A stretch of DNA of 26,001 nt from an uncultured Oscillospiraceae bacterium (lineage in GTDB: Bacteria; Bacillota; Clostridia; Peptostreptococcales; Anaerovoracaceae): NCBI GenBank assembly GCA_964370515.1, contig CAYJJM010000001.1, positions 1 through 26,001 of the forward strand, read 5' to 3'. Below the pieces are notes generated by a model. The model was not told the origin of the DNA. It ran no database searches and worked only from the letters and a program-made list of their open reading frames with translations. Both the position numbers and the translations under genes were made by a program. Below, one piece after another: positions 9,494 to 20,357 of the stretch (position 1 is the stretch's first letter; every line of letters begins with the position of its first letter).

Positions 9494-10744
9494 CTATTTT
9501 ATATTTAGCTTTTCAATCGGCTCTGGTTTTGCAAAATGATAACCTTGAGAAAACTCAGCATTATGTTCTATTACAAGGTTCTGTATTTTTTCATTTTCAA
9601 CAAATTCCGCCACTACATCTGCATCAATAAGTTTTGCCAGGTAGCATATAGCATCTAAAATTGTTTCACTTTGTACATCTGTTGCTAGATTTTTTATTAT
9701 TTCTCCATCTACTTTGATAGCATCTGGCTTTAATGAAACTATTGAATTATATGTTGCAAAACCCACCCCAAAGTCATCAATAGCTATCTTGCATCCAGCG
9801 TTTTTCACTTCCATCAAAAATGCTTCTACTTCTTTATTTCCATTGTAGTCTTCAGTTTCTACAAATTCTATGGTTAATTTGTCAGCCTTAGGATGTCTCT
9901 TTATTCTATCTATTAGCCAAGTCTTGAAATCTTGAGTTTGAATTTCTAACAGTGATATATTTATGCTTACTTCGCTTTCTTTGTCCGCAAAATCATCAAG
10001 CACCTTATCTATCATAATTTTGCTTAATGAAAGATATAGTTTTAATGTTTTTGCACCTTCCAAAAATGTTCCTGGGGTATGCATATTATTGTTTTTATCA
10101 TAGATTCTCATAAGAGCTTCGTATTTTTCTATTTTTTTTGTTTTGTTATCATACACCCCTTGATAATAAGGAACCACTTTTTTGTTTTCAATCACATACA
10201 TAAGAAGTTCAAAAAGCTTTACATTTTCTTTTCTCTCTGCAGCAAGTGTTTCTTTTTCATCAGTTACAACAAAAAAATTGTTTTGTAAATCTTTATTCAT
10301 ATAATAAGCACTTTTTGCTCTATCTACCAAGTTATCACCAAAAACAATCGCAAATCTTGAAATCCCGCCTAGCTCTGTTTGCTCTGCTCTAATGAGTTCA
10401 TACTGCTCATGAAACCCTTTCATCAAATTCAAAAAATCTTCATCACTAATATCATCATTAGCAACTGCCATAAAGTGTTTGTATGTGTTGCTATATACAT
10501 ATATTATTTGATCTAAGCCCAATTGAACATAAGCTGCATTTCCAGATTCTAAAATTTCTTGACAGGTTCTATTGTATTGCTCTTCGCCAAAGGTTGCAAT
10601 CGTCATATCTGCATTAACAACTTCTGTCATAGACATTTTGTTAAACTTCTTTTCTTCCAAATCTATCAAATATTGCTCATAACTCATTATATTAAATCTT
10701 TTATCTATTATCTTGTTTTGTTCCTTGTTGCTATTATCTTTCAT
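9494..10744 (-). CDS. EAL-domain c-di-GMP phosphodiesterase with an unassigned N-terminal region
   Basis: PYYQGVYD, YEALMRI, SINIS, IEFVETE, IAIDDFGVGF, IKVDG, VAEFVE, SQGYHFAKP; the catalytic motifs look intact. Confidence 0.9.
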   Translation of the reverse strand: MKDNSNKEQNKIIDKRFNIMSYEQYLIDLEEKKFNKMSMTEVVNADMTIATFGEEQYNRTCQEILESGNAAYVQLGLDQIIYVYSNTYKHFMAVANDDISDEDFLNLMKGFHEQYELIRAEQTELGGISRFAIVFGDNLVDRAKSAYYMNKDLQNNFFVVTDEKETLAAERKENVKLFELLMYVIENKKVVPYYQGVYDNKTKKIEKYEALMRIYDKNNNMHTPGTFLEGAKTLKLYLSLSKIMIDKVLDDFADKESEVSINISLLEIQTQDFKTWLIDRIKRHPKADKLTIEFVETEDYNGNKEVEAFLMEVKNAGCKIAIDDFGVGFATYNSIVSLKPDAIKVDGEIIKNLATDVQSETILDAICYLAKLIDADVVAEFVENEKIQNLVIEHNAEFSQGYHFAKPEPIEKLNIK

Positions 10745-10786
10745 AACTGCATCCTCTCAGTGTGGCATAATTTTAATTTACATTTT

Positions 10787-10815
10787 ATTTTATCATTTTT
10801 TTGATACTACTTCAA
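10787..10815 (-). promoter_or_regulatory. Putative sigma-A promoter for the EAL gene
   Basis: Minus strand TTGAAG-17 nt-TAAAAT with a TG extension. Confidence 0.5.
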
Positions 10816-10985
10816 TCAAAATTGTACTTTAAAAACTTTTAAAACCTCAAATTGCTTGAATTGCACTTTGAGAGTTGAAAACTTCGAGGACAATTTGAAA
10901 ATAATTTTTTCTCTTTGAGCCTTATGAGCCCCGTACATATCTCCTTTATTTCTCTATCTGCTCTCTTCTTGCCCTCTGGAAACCA

Positions 10986-11010
10986 AAAACCCCGCCAAAG
11001 GCAGGGTTTT
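10986..11010 (-). terminator. Intrinsic terminator after the decarboxylase operon
   Basis: Minus strand AAAACCCTGCC-TTT-GGCGGGGTTTTT, about 26 nt after the biotin-carrier stop codon. Confidence 0.8.
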
Positions 11011-11036
11011 GTTTTTTTATTTTTATGTATTCTGTT

Positions 11037-11429
11037 TTATTTAAGAGTTACAAGCACATCTGCTGCATTAACTGAAGCTCCTTTTGCTGCAGGAATAGTG
11101 TCTACTGTTCCTGCTTGAGGTGCAACAATTTCGTTTTCCATCTTCATCGCTTCTAGTATAACCAGAACATCTCCTTCATTTACTGCTTGTCCAACTGTAA
11201 CCTTAACATCCAAAACAGTACCTGGCATAGGTGCAGTTACACTTGATGCTCCTGCCGAAGGAGCTGCCGCCGGTGCCGCTGGTTTTGGTGCTGCAGGTGC
11301 CGCTGGCGCTGCTGCAACTGGTGCTGCTGCAACTGGAGCAGGTGCTGGTGCCGCTGAGGCTGAACCTTTTACTTCTTCAACATCTACTACATATGTAGTT
11401 CCATTCACTGTGATATTATATTGTTTCAT
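11037..11429 (-). CDS. Biotin carboxyl carrier (gamma) subunit of a Na+-transporting acyl-CoA decarboxylase (MmdC/GcdC-like)
   Basis: Ala/Pro-rich linker, APMPG, and the [10 protein letters not shown] biotinylation motif. Confidence 0.9.
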   Translation of the reverse strand: MKQYNITVNGTTYVVDVEEVKGSASAAPAPAPVAAAPVAAAPAAPAAPKPAAPAAAPSAGASSVTAPMPGTVLDVKVTVGQAVNEGDVLVILEAMKMENEIVAPQAGTVDTIPAAKGASVNAADVLVTLK

Positions 11430-11448
11430 CTTTTCTTCTCCTTTTATT

Positions 11449-11850
11449 TTACCTTCTACTATCTATGCATTCTGCCCTACCTGCTGTTGACCATGCAGGT
11501 GCATTTCCTGTTACTCTGCTTATTCTTTTTATAATAAGGTTACTACTTGCTCCCCCTTCAGCTGCGGCTATTGCTGCAGTAATTACTGCAATTAATTCGC
11601 TATCTGAAGTCCTCTCTACCGCTGCAACTGGTGTTGCTACTGGAGTCACTGGCACATCTGACTTTTTTGTTTTGTTTTCCGTCCCCGCTATTGCTTTTGA
11701 AACCACCGCAATTATTACCCAAAGAAGTAGCAAAACCATAAAAGTTATTCCTATGCCCATTACCGTTGTAATCAATCCTCCTAGGAGTTTTTCGCCCATT
11801 GAAAGGGTTTCTATATACTCGGGATTGCTAAATTTTTCCATCAAACTCAT
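11449..11850 (-). CDS. OadG/MmdD-like (delta) membrane subunit
   Basis: Single TM helix ([16 protein letters not shown]), [12 protein letters not shown], and C-terminal W-x3-GR. Confidence 0.85.
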   Translation of the reverse strand: MSLMEKFSNPEYIETLSMGEKLLGGLITTVMGIGITFMVLLLLWVIIAVVSKAIAGTENKTKKSDVPVTPVATPVAAVERTSDSELIAVITAAIAAAEGGASSNLIIKRISRVTGNAPAWSTAGRAECIDSRR

Positions 11851-11860
11851 TGCTTACCTC

Positions 11861-13408
11861 CTATAGTGGTATATTGCCATGCTTCTTAGCTGGTAATGAC
11901 TCTCTCTTTGAAGATAGCATATCAAATCCAGATATTACTCTTTGCCTTGATGTTGCTGGTTCAATTACATCGTCTACATATCCCATTTCAGCAGCTCTAT
12001 ACGGATTATTAAACTTCTCTTCGTATTCTGCGATCTTTTCTTTAGTTTTAGCAATTGGGTCATCTGCTGCTTTAACTTCTTTTCTAATTGAAGAAATTAT
12101 ATTAGCTGCTCCGGAAGCTCCCATTACAGCAATTTGTGCTGATGGCCATGCCAATACTAAGTCAGCTCCTAGCTCTTTGTTGCACATTCCTATATATGCA
12201 CCACCATAAGCTTTTCTTAGAATTAATGTAACTTTTGGAACTGTAGCTTCGCAATATGCATAAAGCATCTTAGCCCCATGTCTAATTATTCCGCCATACT
12301 CTTGATCTGTTCCTGGCAAAAATCCTGGTACATCTTCTATTGTCAAAAGTGGAATATTAAAGGCATCGCATCTTCTAATAAATCTTGCCGCTTTATCAGA
12401 TGCATTAATGTCTAGGCAACCCGCTCCAACCTTTGGTTGATTAGCTATAACGCCAACTGAGTTACCGTCTAGCCTGATGAAACAAGTTATCATATTTTTT
12501 GCGTAATGTGGCATTACATCAAATAAATATCCATCATCTGATAATCCTCTGATTACATCATACATATCGTATGCTTTGTTTGGATTTTCAGGAATGATTT
12601 CGTTAAATTCTGGTATTAATCTATTTAAATCATCGGAACATGCCATTTGTGGTGCAACTTCCATATTGTTAGATGGGAATAGACTAAGAAGTTCTCTAAC
12701 CATAGCTAGTGTTGATTTATCATCACTTCCAACAAAGTGTGCGTTACCACTAATGCTATTGTGAGTCATAGCTCCGCCTAGTGCTTCTGCTGAAACTTCT
12801 TCTCCAGTAACAGTCTTTATTACTTGTGGCCCTGTGATAAACATTTGGCTTGTTTTATCTACCATGAAAATAAAGTCTGTAATTGCAGGGGAGTATACTG
12901 CTCCTCCAGCACAAGGTCCCATAATTACTGAGATTTGAGGAATAACACCTGATGATATAGTATTATTGTAAAAAATCTTTCCATACCCTGAAAGGGCATT
13001 TACGCCTTCTTCTACTCTTGCTCCGCCTGAGTCTTGCATGCATACTATAGGTGCACCCATTTTAAGTGCCATTTTTTGAACCTTAACTATTTTTTCTGCA
13101 TGATATTCTCCTAGAGAGCCTCCAATAACTGTAAAGTCTTGGGAAAAGGCAAATACTAGCCTATCATCTACTCTTCCATAACCAGTAACAACCCCATCTC
13201 CTGGTGCATGCTTTTCTGGCATGTCAAAGTTATTACATCTGTGAGATACAAACACATCCATCTCTATAAAGCTACCTTCATCAAAAAGAATGTCTATTCT
13301 TTCTCTTGCAGTTAGCTTTCCTCTCTTGTGTTGGTCCTCTATCCTTTTTTCTCCTCCGCCTAATGCGATTTCGGCTTTCAGCGCTCGAAGTTGCTCTAAT
13401 TTATCCAT
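11861..13408 (-). CDS. mmdA: Acyl-CoA carboxyltransferase, methylmalonyl-CoA decarboxylase alpha-like
   Basis: GKLTARERI, QDFTVIGGSLG, DSGGARVEEG, GPCAGGAVYSPA, DVPGFLPG, RKAYGGAY, KKHGNIPL; in an operon with the delta and gamma subunits. Confidence 0.85.
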   Translation of the reverse strand: MDKLEQLRALKAEIALGGGEKRIEDQHKRGKLTARERIDILFDEGSFIEMDVFVSHRCNNFDMPEKHAPGDGVVTGYGRVDDRLVFAFSQDFTVIGGSLGEYHAEKIVKVQKMALKMGAPIVCMQDSGGARVEEGVNALSGYGKIFYNNTISSGVIPQISVIMGPCAGGAVYSPAITDFIFMVDKTSQMFITGPQVIKTVTGEEVSAEALGGAMTHNSISGNAHFVGSDDKSTLAMVRELLSLFPSNNMEVAPQMACSDDLNRLIPEFNEIIPENPNKAYDMYDVIRGLSDDGYLFDVMPHYAKNMITCFIRLDGNSVGVIANQPKVGAGCLDINASDKAARFIRRCDAFNIPLLTIEDVPGFLPGTDQEYGGIIRHGAKMLYAYCEATVPKVTLILRKAYGGAYIGMCNKELGADLVLAWPSAQIAVMGASGAANIISSIRKEVKAADDPIAKTKEKIAEYEEKFNNPYRAAEMGYVDDVIEPATSRQRVISGFDMLSSKRESLPAKKHGNIPL

Positions 13409-13440
13409 CTATGTTCCTCCTTTGTTTGCTCAACGCAATT

Positions 13441-13469
13441 ACTATACAATATTTTGCCTAATTTTTCAA
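13441..13469 (-). promoter_or_regulatory. sigma-A promoter for the decarboxylase operon
   Basis: Minus strand TTGAAA-17 nt-TATAGT. Confidence 0.65.
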
Positions 13470-13553
13470 GGAATATTGAAATGTATACATTATGCTTTAC
13501 ATGTTCTGTGTTTATAAAGGCTTATATTAGCTTTCTGTATAAATTCCTTTCTA

Positions 13554-15836
13554 TTATTTTTCTTGATCTTTTAGTTTTTCTTTTTTAATTTGCTTTGACT
13601 TTCCCTTGGCAGGAGCCTTTCCCGTTTCTTTGTCTTGTTTACTTTCTACATTTTCTTTTTTTCTTTTTACTTGCTTTTCCTCTTCTTCTTTGTTTTCTTC
13701 TTCCGCATCCTTTTCCTTGATTGGATTTGATTTAGTTTTAGGCTTTACTGTAGCTTTAGGTTTTGCTCTAACCTCTTTTTCTTTTTTAGGCTCTTCTTCT
13801 GGCACTACTTCCTCTTCCAGTTTTTCCTTGGTTTCTTTTTTCTGTGCTACCTTTTCTTCTTCGCTTTCATCATTTAAATAATCTTCGTCATATGCCGCAA
13901 GTTCTGCTTCCTCTCTAGCCTTTTCTTCTTCGATTATTCTTCTAGTTTCTTCTGCTTCTTCTTTATTTCTTTTGGCTATAGTGTCTTCTTTTTCTTTTAC
14001 TTCTTCTGTTAAAGAGTCCGCATTTATCTTCCCTGTATATAGGTCTTCGAATTGTTCTCCATCTAGCGTTTCTATTTCAAGCAAAGCTTTTGAAACTTCA
14101 TGAAGTTTCTCCATGTTGTTTTCCAAAATCTCCTTTGCTTCTTTATAGGCTGAATCAATAATTGTTTTTACCTCTTCATCTATTTCCGATGCAGTTTCTT
14201 CTGAGTAAGTTTTTTTGGTGGAGAAATCTTTTCCTAGGAATACTTCGTCAGAAGAACTATAGTTGACCGTTCCTAGCTTTTCACTAAACCCATACTTGGT
14301 AACCATGTCTTTAGCAATTTCTGTCGCTCTCATTATATCATTACTTGCTCCCGTACTAATATCATCTAGGGCAAGCATCTCTGCAACTCTTCCTCCCAAA
14401 AGATGAATTATTTGTTCTTTCATACCTGATTTTGTTGCATAGTATTTATCTTCTTTTGGCAATATCATAGTAAAGCCACCTGCATTTCCTCTAGGCACTA
14501 TAGTTATTTGGTGCACAGGGTCTGTTCCTGGAAGGGCTCTGGCAACTATGGCATGTCCTGCTTCGTGATATGCTGTAAGTTTTCTTTCTTCTTCGCTAAT
14601 TACTCTGCTCTTCTTTTCAGGTCCTGCTATTACTTTTGTAATTGCCTCTTCTATCTCAGTCATTCTTATGAATCTTCCATCTCTCCTAGCAGTAAGTAAC
14701 GCCGCTTCATTAAGCATGTTTTCGATATCTGCTGGTGTAAATCCTGGAGTCCTCCTAGCAAGAACTTTTGGATTAACTTCTGGTGCCAAAGGTTTATTTC
14801 TAGAGTGAACACGGAAAATTTCTTCTCTCCCTTTGATATCAGGGGCACCTATAACTACCTGTCTATCAAATCTTCCTGGTCTTAGTAATGCCGGGTCTAA
14901 AATGTCAGGTCTATTTGTTGCAGCCAGAATTATTATTCCCATGTTTGTAGCAAATCCATCCATCTCAACTAACAGCTGATTTAAGGTTTGCTCTCTTTCA
15001 TCATGTCCACCACCAAGGCCTGCACCTCTTTGTCTACCAACGGCATCTATCTCATCAATAAATATAATGCAAGGAGAACTTTTTTTAGCTTGTTCAAACA
15101 AGTCTCTAACTCTAGACGCTCCTACTCCAACAAACATTTCCACAAAGTCTGACCCACTAATAGTAAAAAACGGAACTCCCGCTTCCCCTGCGGCTGCCCT
15201 TGAAATATATGTTTTACCAGTTCCCGGAGGACCTACAAGCAATATCCCTTTTGGAATTCTTGCACCTACATTATTATATTTTCTTGGGTTTCTCAAAAAG
15301 TCTACTACTTCTTCTAGTTCTTCTTTTTCTTCGTCTAACCCTGCAACATCTGCAAATGTTAATTTTTTAAGATCCGAGCCAGTTTGTAATTTTGCTCTAC
15401 TCTTTCCGAATTGCATTGCTTTGCCACCGCCTCCGGCTTGATTCATCATCATAAACCAAAAGAAAACAAGCAATAGCACCATTATAACGGTAGGTAAAAG
15501 ACTTACATACCAAGGTGTTTTGTATGGTTCTTCATTTACTAGTTTGACATCTCCCTCTTCCATCTGTGGATAAATGTATGTTTCATTTAACCAGTTTATT
15601 TCTACAATGGAGGATGCATATGTAAAAAACATTTCACCTTCTGCTGTCTCTCCTGTAAGTTTTAGTTCCTCCACATTTAACTCTTTTATTTCGTTGCTTT
15701 CAATTTTTTTTGTAAATGTTGAAAAAGCTACCTGCTGAACATCCCCTCCAGAACTAGATGTTAATAAATATGACATTACTACCACTAAGGCAAATACAAT
15801 CACATATATCCCAATACTTTTACCTTTTACTCTCAT
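13554..15836 (-). CDS. ftsH: ATP-dependent zinc metalloprotease FtsH with a long charged C-terminal tail
   Basis: Two TM segments, [29 protein letters not shown], and the HEAGH zinc motif. Confidence 0.97.
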   Translation of the reverse strand: MRVKGKSIGIYVIVFALVVVMSYLLTSSSGGDVQQVAFSTFTKKIESNEIKELNVEELKLTGETAEGEMFFTYASSIVEINWLNETYIYPQMEEGDVKLVNEEPYKTPWYVSLLPTVIMVLLLVFFWFMMMNQAGGGGKAMQFGKSRAKLQTGSDLKKLTFADVAGLDEEKEELEEVVDFLRNPRKYNNVGARIPKGILLVGPPGTGKTYISRAAAGEAGVPFFTISGSDFVEMFVGVGASRVRDLFEQAKKSSPCIIFIDEIDAVGRQRGAGLGGGHDEREQTLNQLLVEMDGFATNMGIIILAATNRPDILDPALLRPGRFDRQVVIGAPDIKGREEIFRVHSRNKPLAPEVNPKVLARRTPGFTPADIENMLNEAALLTARRDGRFIRMTEIEEAITKVIAGPEKKSRVISEEERKLTAYHEAGHAIVARALPGTDPVHQITIVPRGNAGGFTMILPKEDKYYATKSGMKEQIIHLLGGRVAEMLALDDISTGASNDIMRATEIAKDMVTKYGFSEKLGTVNYSSSDEVFLGKDFSTKKTYSEETASEIDEEVKTIIDSAYKEAKEILENNMEKLHEVSKALLEIETLDGEQFEDLYTGKINADSLTEEVKEKEDTIAKRNKEEAEETRRIIEEEKAREEAELAAYDEDYLNDESEEEKVAQKKETKEKLEEEVVPEEEPKKEKEVRAKPKATVKPKTKSNPIKEKDAEEENKEEEEKQVKRKKENVESKQDKETGKAPAKGKSKQIKKEKLKDQEK

Positions 15837-15858
15837 TACTTCCTTCTTCTCCTTCGTT

Positions 15859-17304
15859 CTACTTTTTTATCTTTAATACTAATATTTTTTTTGTTTCTGC
15901 TGTAGGAGTATAGCTTCCTGTGGTTCTAGCTTTCATATTTCCTTCTGGAATCCATACTATTTCTCTGCCTAGAGCTACTAGCCATGTATTGTCTCTTTCC
16001 TCTTTTGGCAATTTGTTGTCAACAAAAACATCTTGTATTTTTTTTCTTCCTCGACCCTCTTTTAAGTACAGATAATCTCCTGGCTCTCTAGTTCTTACAA
16101 TTAATTTCATATGAGGATCCTTAATTGTGCTATTTCTTAATAAAAATTTATCGTAATCGAAAACAGCTTCCCCTTCGCCTCTAATATAATCCTCTGGCTC
16201 TCCTATCATAATTGTTATTTTTGGTTTATCTTCTGCTATTATTCTTTCTTGTATATCCTCATCACTAAATGAATTTTTGTTATATAGTCGTACTTTCTTG
16301 TTAAGTAAATCTATTTGGTATGATTTGGGGAAAGAAAGAGTACCTTCCCACCTTCCCTCATCAAATTTTTCATTCAATGCAATTAAATGTTTTCTTTCTA
16401 TTCCTTTTTTTAAATTTAGTATTTCAAAAGCCATTATTATAATTCTGTTTCTGACTGCTTCATCATGATTAATCAGTTTTTCTTTGTCAAGAAATATTTC
16501 TTTTTCATTCATTTCTATTAAGCTATCTTGGAAATCTTCTCTACTTTTTCCCCAGATATAGTCTATGTCCTTTTTACTATTTGTCATATTCCTTGTTATG
16601 GTCTTTGTAAAGTTTTCGTTGAAATTTTCTTTTATAAAAGGAATTAGCTCTTGTCTAATTTTATTTCTTGTATATTCTGTTTCAAAATTAGTTTTATCTT
16701 CTCTATAAGGAACTTGATATTTGATGCAGAAATTCATTATGTCAATCTTTTGAACATCTAGCAGAGGCCTAATTAAAAAAGCTTCATTTTCTAATTTCCT
16801 TATATACTCCATACCCGTAAGCCCATCAATTCCAGAACCTCTCAAAAATTTCATAAGTATAGTTTCTGCTTGATCATCCATATTATGTGCAGTTGCAATT
16901 TTTATTTTCTCATAATCTACACCGTTTCTAACAAGATTAGCCGCAGCTTCATTATAAGCGTTATATCTTATGTCTCTTCCAGCTTCTTCAACAGTTAGTT
17001 TGTATTTTTTCGCCCATTTTTTACAATCAATCTTATATGGAGCTAGTTCTATCCCTGTCTTTTGACATATATTCTCCACAAAGTTTTGATCTAATTGTGC
17101 TGCCTCTCCTCTCAGCATGTGATTTACATGAACAGCGCTAAAATTAAATCCTAAATCATCTTTTAGATCCATCAGCACCGCAAATAAACACATAGAATCA
17201 GCTCCACCAGAAAGGCCTAATATTACATGGTCCCCTTCTTCAATCAAAAGGTTGCTTTTAATCTTATGTTTAACTGTTTTGAAAATATCACTTTTTTTTA
17301 TCAT
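15859..17304 (-). CDS. tilS: tRNA(Ile)-lysidine synthetase
   Basis: LSGGADSM PP-loop, HVNHMLRG, ATAHNMDDQAET, IRPLL, YTRNKIR, and a C-terminal TilS domain. Confidence 0.95.
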   Translation of the reverse strand: MIKKSDIFKTVKHKIKSNLLIEEGDHVILGLSGGADSMCLFAVLMDLKDDLGFNFSAVHVNHMLRGEAAQLDQNFVENICQKTGIELAPYKIDCKKWAKKYKLTVEEAGRDIRYNAYNEAAANLVRNGVDYEKIKIATAHNMDDQAETILMKFLRGSGIDGLTGMEYIRKLENEAFLIRPLLDVQKIDIMNFCIKYQVPYREDKTNFETEYTRNKIRQELIPFIKENFNENFTKTITRNMTNSKKDIDYIWGKSREDFQDSLIEMNEKEIFLDKEKLINHDEAVRNRIIIMAFEILNLKKGIERKHLIALNEKFDEGRWEGTLSFPKSYQIDLLNKKVRLYNKNSFSDEDIQERIIAEDKPKITIMIGEPEDYIRGEGEAVFDYDKFLLRNSTIKDPHMKLIVRTREPGDYLYLKEGRGRKKIQDVFVDNKLPKEERDNTWLVALGREIVWIPEGNMKARTTGSYTPTAETKKILVLKIKK

Positions 17305-17305
17305 T

Positions 17306-18145
17306 TTACTTTCCCCTAATATTAAAAAATCTCATACTATTTCCACAAGTTTTTTTTGCAACTTCTTCATAGGTAATTTCTTTTATTTCTGCAATTTTTT
17401 CTGCAACATACTTCACATATGCTGCCTTGTTTTCTTTTCCCCTAAGCGGCTCTGGAGTCAAGTAAGGAGAATCCGTTTCGATTGTCATAAATTCTATTGG
17501 AATTCCTGCAACTACAGATCTGGTCTTTTTGTTATTCTTATAAGTTACAGGGCCTGCAATAGATATAGTCGCCCCTAGTTTTATATACTCTTTTGCAAGT
17601 TCTCTACTTCCTGAAAAGCAGTGAAGCAAAACTCTAGCGTCTCCTACCTCTTCTCCATTTTCATCTAATCTCTTGGGGAACCAGTCTTTTCTTTCTTGAG
17701 AAAAAGCCCCTTCCTCAATAAGTATTTCCATAACTTCTTTGTCAGCATCTCTAGAGTGGATTACTATTGGCATTTTAAGTTTATTTGCTATTTTTATCTG
17801 TGCTCTAAAGGCTTCTCTTTGTACATCAGGTGGAGAAATGTTTCTATAAAAATCTAGCCCCATTTCCCCTATGGCTTTTACGCCATCTTTTTTGGCTAGG
17901 TTTTCTATGAAATACAAAGTTGTGTCATCTGCCTTGGTGGCATCATGTGGATGCACGCCTACAGTAGCAAAGCAAAAGTCGTATTCCTCACTGTGCTTAA
18001 CGGCAATTTGAGAACTTTCTAAGTCAAAAGCACTGTCAATTACATAGCTTATTTCTTCTGAGTTTTTTATTTCTTCTAACAGATCCTTTCTCTTTTTTTC
18101 CGAAAAATTTTCGCTGTTAAAATGGCTGTGGCTGTCAAATAACAT
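17306..18145 (-). CDS. tatD: TatD-family deoxyribonuclease
   Basis: FDSHSH, GVHPH, AIGEMGLDFY, IHSRDA, LHCFSG, ETDSPYLTP; follows metG as is usual in Firmicutes. Confidence 0.93.
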   Translation of the reverse strand: MLFDSHSHFNSENFSEKKRKDLLEEIKNSEEISYVIDSAFDLESSQIAVKHSEEYDFCFATVGVHPHDATKADDTTLYFIENLAKKDGVKAIGEMGLDFYRNISPPDVQREAFRAQIKIANKLKMPIVIHSRDADKEVMEILIEEGAFSQERKDWFPKRLDENGEEVGDARVLLHCFSGSRELAKEYIKLGATISIAGPVTYKNNKKTRSVVAGIPIEFMTIETDSPYLTPEPLRGKENKAAYVKYVAEKIAEIKEITYEEVAKKTCGNSMRFFNIRGK

Positions 18146-18325
18146 GTATCTCCTCTTTCTAGCCTCTTCTATTTTCTATTTCCGATTTCTTTATTTTGGA
18201 CAAAAGTTTTCGCAACAATTATATATTTGCTTATAAATTATTTGTGCTCTCTTGTTTCTGTAACTGAATTTCCACCCTCTGCAATTAACATTTAAAGTAG
18301 TAGATAAATTTGATTTATAAATTTT

Positions 18326-20260
18326 CTATGTTACTGGGTTTCCATCGTCTGCAATGGTTGTAACAAATTCAAAAGTTTCCTTTCCATCAGCCATATTATC
18401 TGCAAACAAAATCATTCCCTTTGACTCCATACCTCTTAGGTTTCTTGGTTTTAGGTTGGCCACTACTATTACTTTTTTACCTATAGTTTCTTCTGGCTTG
18501 TAATATTCCGCAACCCCCGAAAGTATTTGCCTCCTCTCTGTTCCCATTTTTACTTGGAACACAAGGAGCTTGTCCGCTTTGGGATGCTTCTCACAAGAAA
18601 GTATTGTACCTACCCTAAAGTCTATTTTGTCAAAATCATCATATACAATTTCATCCTTCAAATCTAAAGGGATGTTTTCTCCGTGAGAGTCATTGAGTTT
18701 TTCCAATTCCTCCAGTTCTTTTTCAATATCTAATCTTGGGAATATGGCCTCTCCTTTTTTTACAGCCTCCCCATTTAAGAGGAAGAACTCTTTACTGTCT
18801 TTCCATTCAATTTCTCCACTGTTTATGCCTAGCTGTTCTCTGATTTTTCCAGAGGTTGTATGCATAAATGGATAAATTAAAACTGATACAATTCTCAAAG
18901 ATTCTGCTAGATTATATAAAACTGTACCTAGTCTATCTTTGTCTTTTTCTTCTCTGGAAAGAACCCAAGGCATTGTTTCATCAATATATTTATTGGCTCT
19001 TCTGATTACAATCCAAATTTCTTCAAGTGCCATATTAAACGAAAACCTCTCCATTTGTGCTTCAACTTTATCTGCTGCACTTATGGCTGTATTTATCAAA
19101 TCATTATCTAGGGTTTGTTCTTCTTCGTTCCCTTTTATAAAGGTTGGGACAATTCCATTGCTATATTTTTCTATCATGGTTACTGTTCTGGAAACTAGGT
19201 TGCCTAAGTCGTTTGCCAAATCGTAGTTCATTCTTTTGAGCATTACTTCATTAGTAAATATTCCATCGTGTCCAAATGTGTATTCGCGTAAAAGGAAATA
19301 TTTTAATTCATCAACTCCATATCTATCTATTAACTTAACAGTGTCTACTACATTTCCCTTGGATTTGCTCTTTTTACCACCTTCTAATAGAAGCCATCCA
19401 TGACCCAGAACCTGCTTTGGTAAAGGAATTTCCAAGGACATCAAAAGGGCAGGCCAAATTATTGAGTGGAATCTAACAATTTCCTTTCCAACTAAATGAA
19501 CATCCGCAGGCCAATATTTTTCATATTTTTCTGAATCTCCTGGATATCCCAAAGCGGTAATATAGTTTGTCAACGCATCTAGCCAAACATATACAACATG
19601 ATTTTCTTCAATTGGTACTTTTATTCCCCAATCGAATGTAGATCTTGAAACACAAAGATCTTCCAACCCTTGATTAATAAACCCTATCATTTCATTCCTT
19701 CTAGACTCTGGTTCTAGAAAGCTAGGATTTTCTTTAAATAGTTCTAAAATTCTATCTCCGTACTTAGATAATTTAAAAAAGTATGCTTCTTCTTTTGCTT
19801 TTTCTACTTCTCTTCCGCAATCAGGGCACTTACCATCTACTAACTGACTCTCTGTCCAAAAAGATTCGCATGGCTTACAATATAGTCCTTCATATTCTCC
19901 CTTATATATATCACCTTTTTCATAAAGTTTCAGGAAAATTTCTTGAACACTTTTTTTGTGCCTTTCCTCTGTGGTTCTAATAAAGTCATCATAAGAAATT
20001 TCCATCGTCCCCCAAAGCTTTTTAATTCCATCTACCACATTATCTACATATTTTTGTGGTTCCATACCCTCTTTTTGAGCTATATCTTGGATTTTTTGTC
20101 CATGTTCGTCTGTCCCTGTAAGAAACATCACATCATATCCTGTTGCTCTTTTAAATCTAGCCATAGCATCTGCCATTACAGTACAGTACGTGTGCCCTAT
20201 ATGCAAGCTTGAACTTGGATAGTAAATGGGTGTCGATATGTAAAATTTCTTTTTTTCCAT
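18326..20260 (-). CDS. metG: Methionine--tRNA ligase
   Basis: [18 protein letters not shown], zinc knuckle CKPC...CPDC, YVWLDAL, KMSKS region (reads KKSKS), and a C-terminal tRNA-binding domain. Confidence 0.97.
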   Translation of the reverse strand: MEKKKFYISTPIYYPSSSLHIGHTYCTVMADAMARFKRATGYDVMFLTGTDEHGQKIQDIAQKEGMEPQKYVDNVVDGIKKLWGTMEISYDDFIRTTEERHKKSVQEIFLKLYEKGDIYKGEYEGLYCKPCESFWTESQLVDGKCPDCGREVEKAKEEAYFFKLSKYGDRILELFKENPSFLEPESRRNEMIGFINQGLEDLCVSRSTFDWGIKVPIEENHVVYVWLDALTNYITALGYPGDSEKYEKYWPADVHLVGKEIVRFHSIIWPALLMSLEIPLPKQVLGHGWLLLEGGKKSKSKGNVVDTVKLIDRYGVDELKYFLLREYTFGHDGIFTNEVMLKRMNYDLANDLGNLVSRTVTMIEKYSNGIVPTFIKGNEEEQTLDNDLINTAISAADKVEAQMERFSFNMALEEIWIVIRRANKYIDETMPWVLSREEKDKDRLGTVLYNLAESLRIVSVLIYPFMHTTSGKIREQLGINSGEIEWKDSKEFFLLNGEAVKKGEAIFPRLDIEKELEELEKLNDSHGENIPLDLKDEIVYDDFDKIDFRVGTILSCEKHPKADKLLVFQVKMGTERRQILSGVAEYYKPEETIGKKVIVVANLKPRNLRGMESKGMILFADNMADGKETFEFVTTIADDGNPVT

Positions 20261-20320
20261 TATTTTTTCTCCTCATAAGTTTAGTGAGTTACAGTGTTAT
20301 TTTTTCTTACAATACCTATT

Positions 20321-20349
20321 AGTATATAATATTTTTCAAATATTTGCAA
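20321..20349 (-). promoter_or_regulatory. sigma-A promoter for metG
   Basis: Minus strand TTGCAA-17 nt-TATACT. Confidence 0.65.
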
Positions 20350-20357
20350 TTGTTCAT

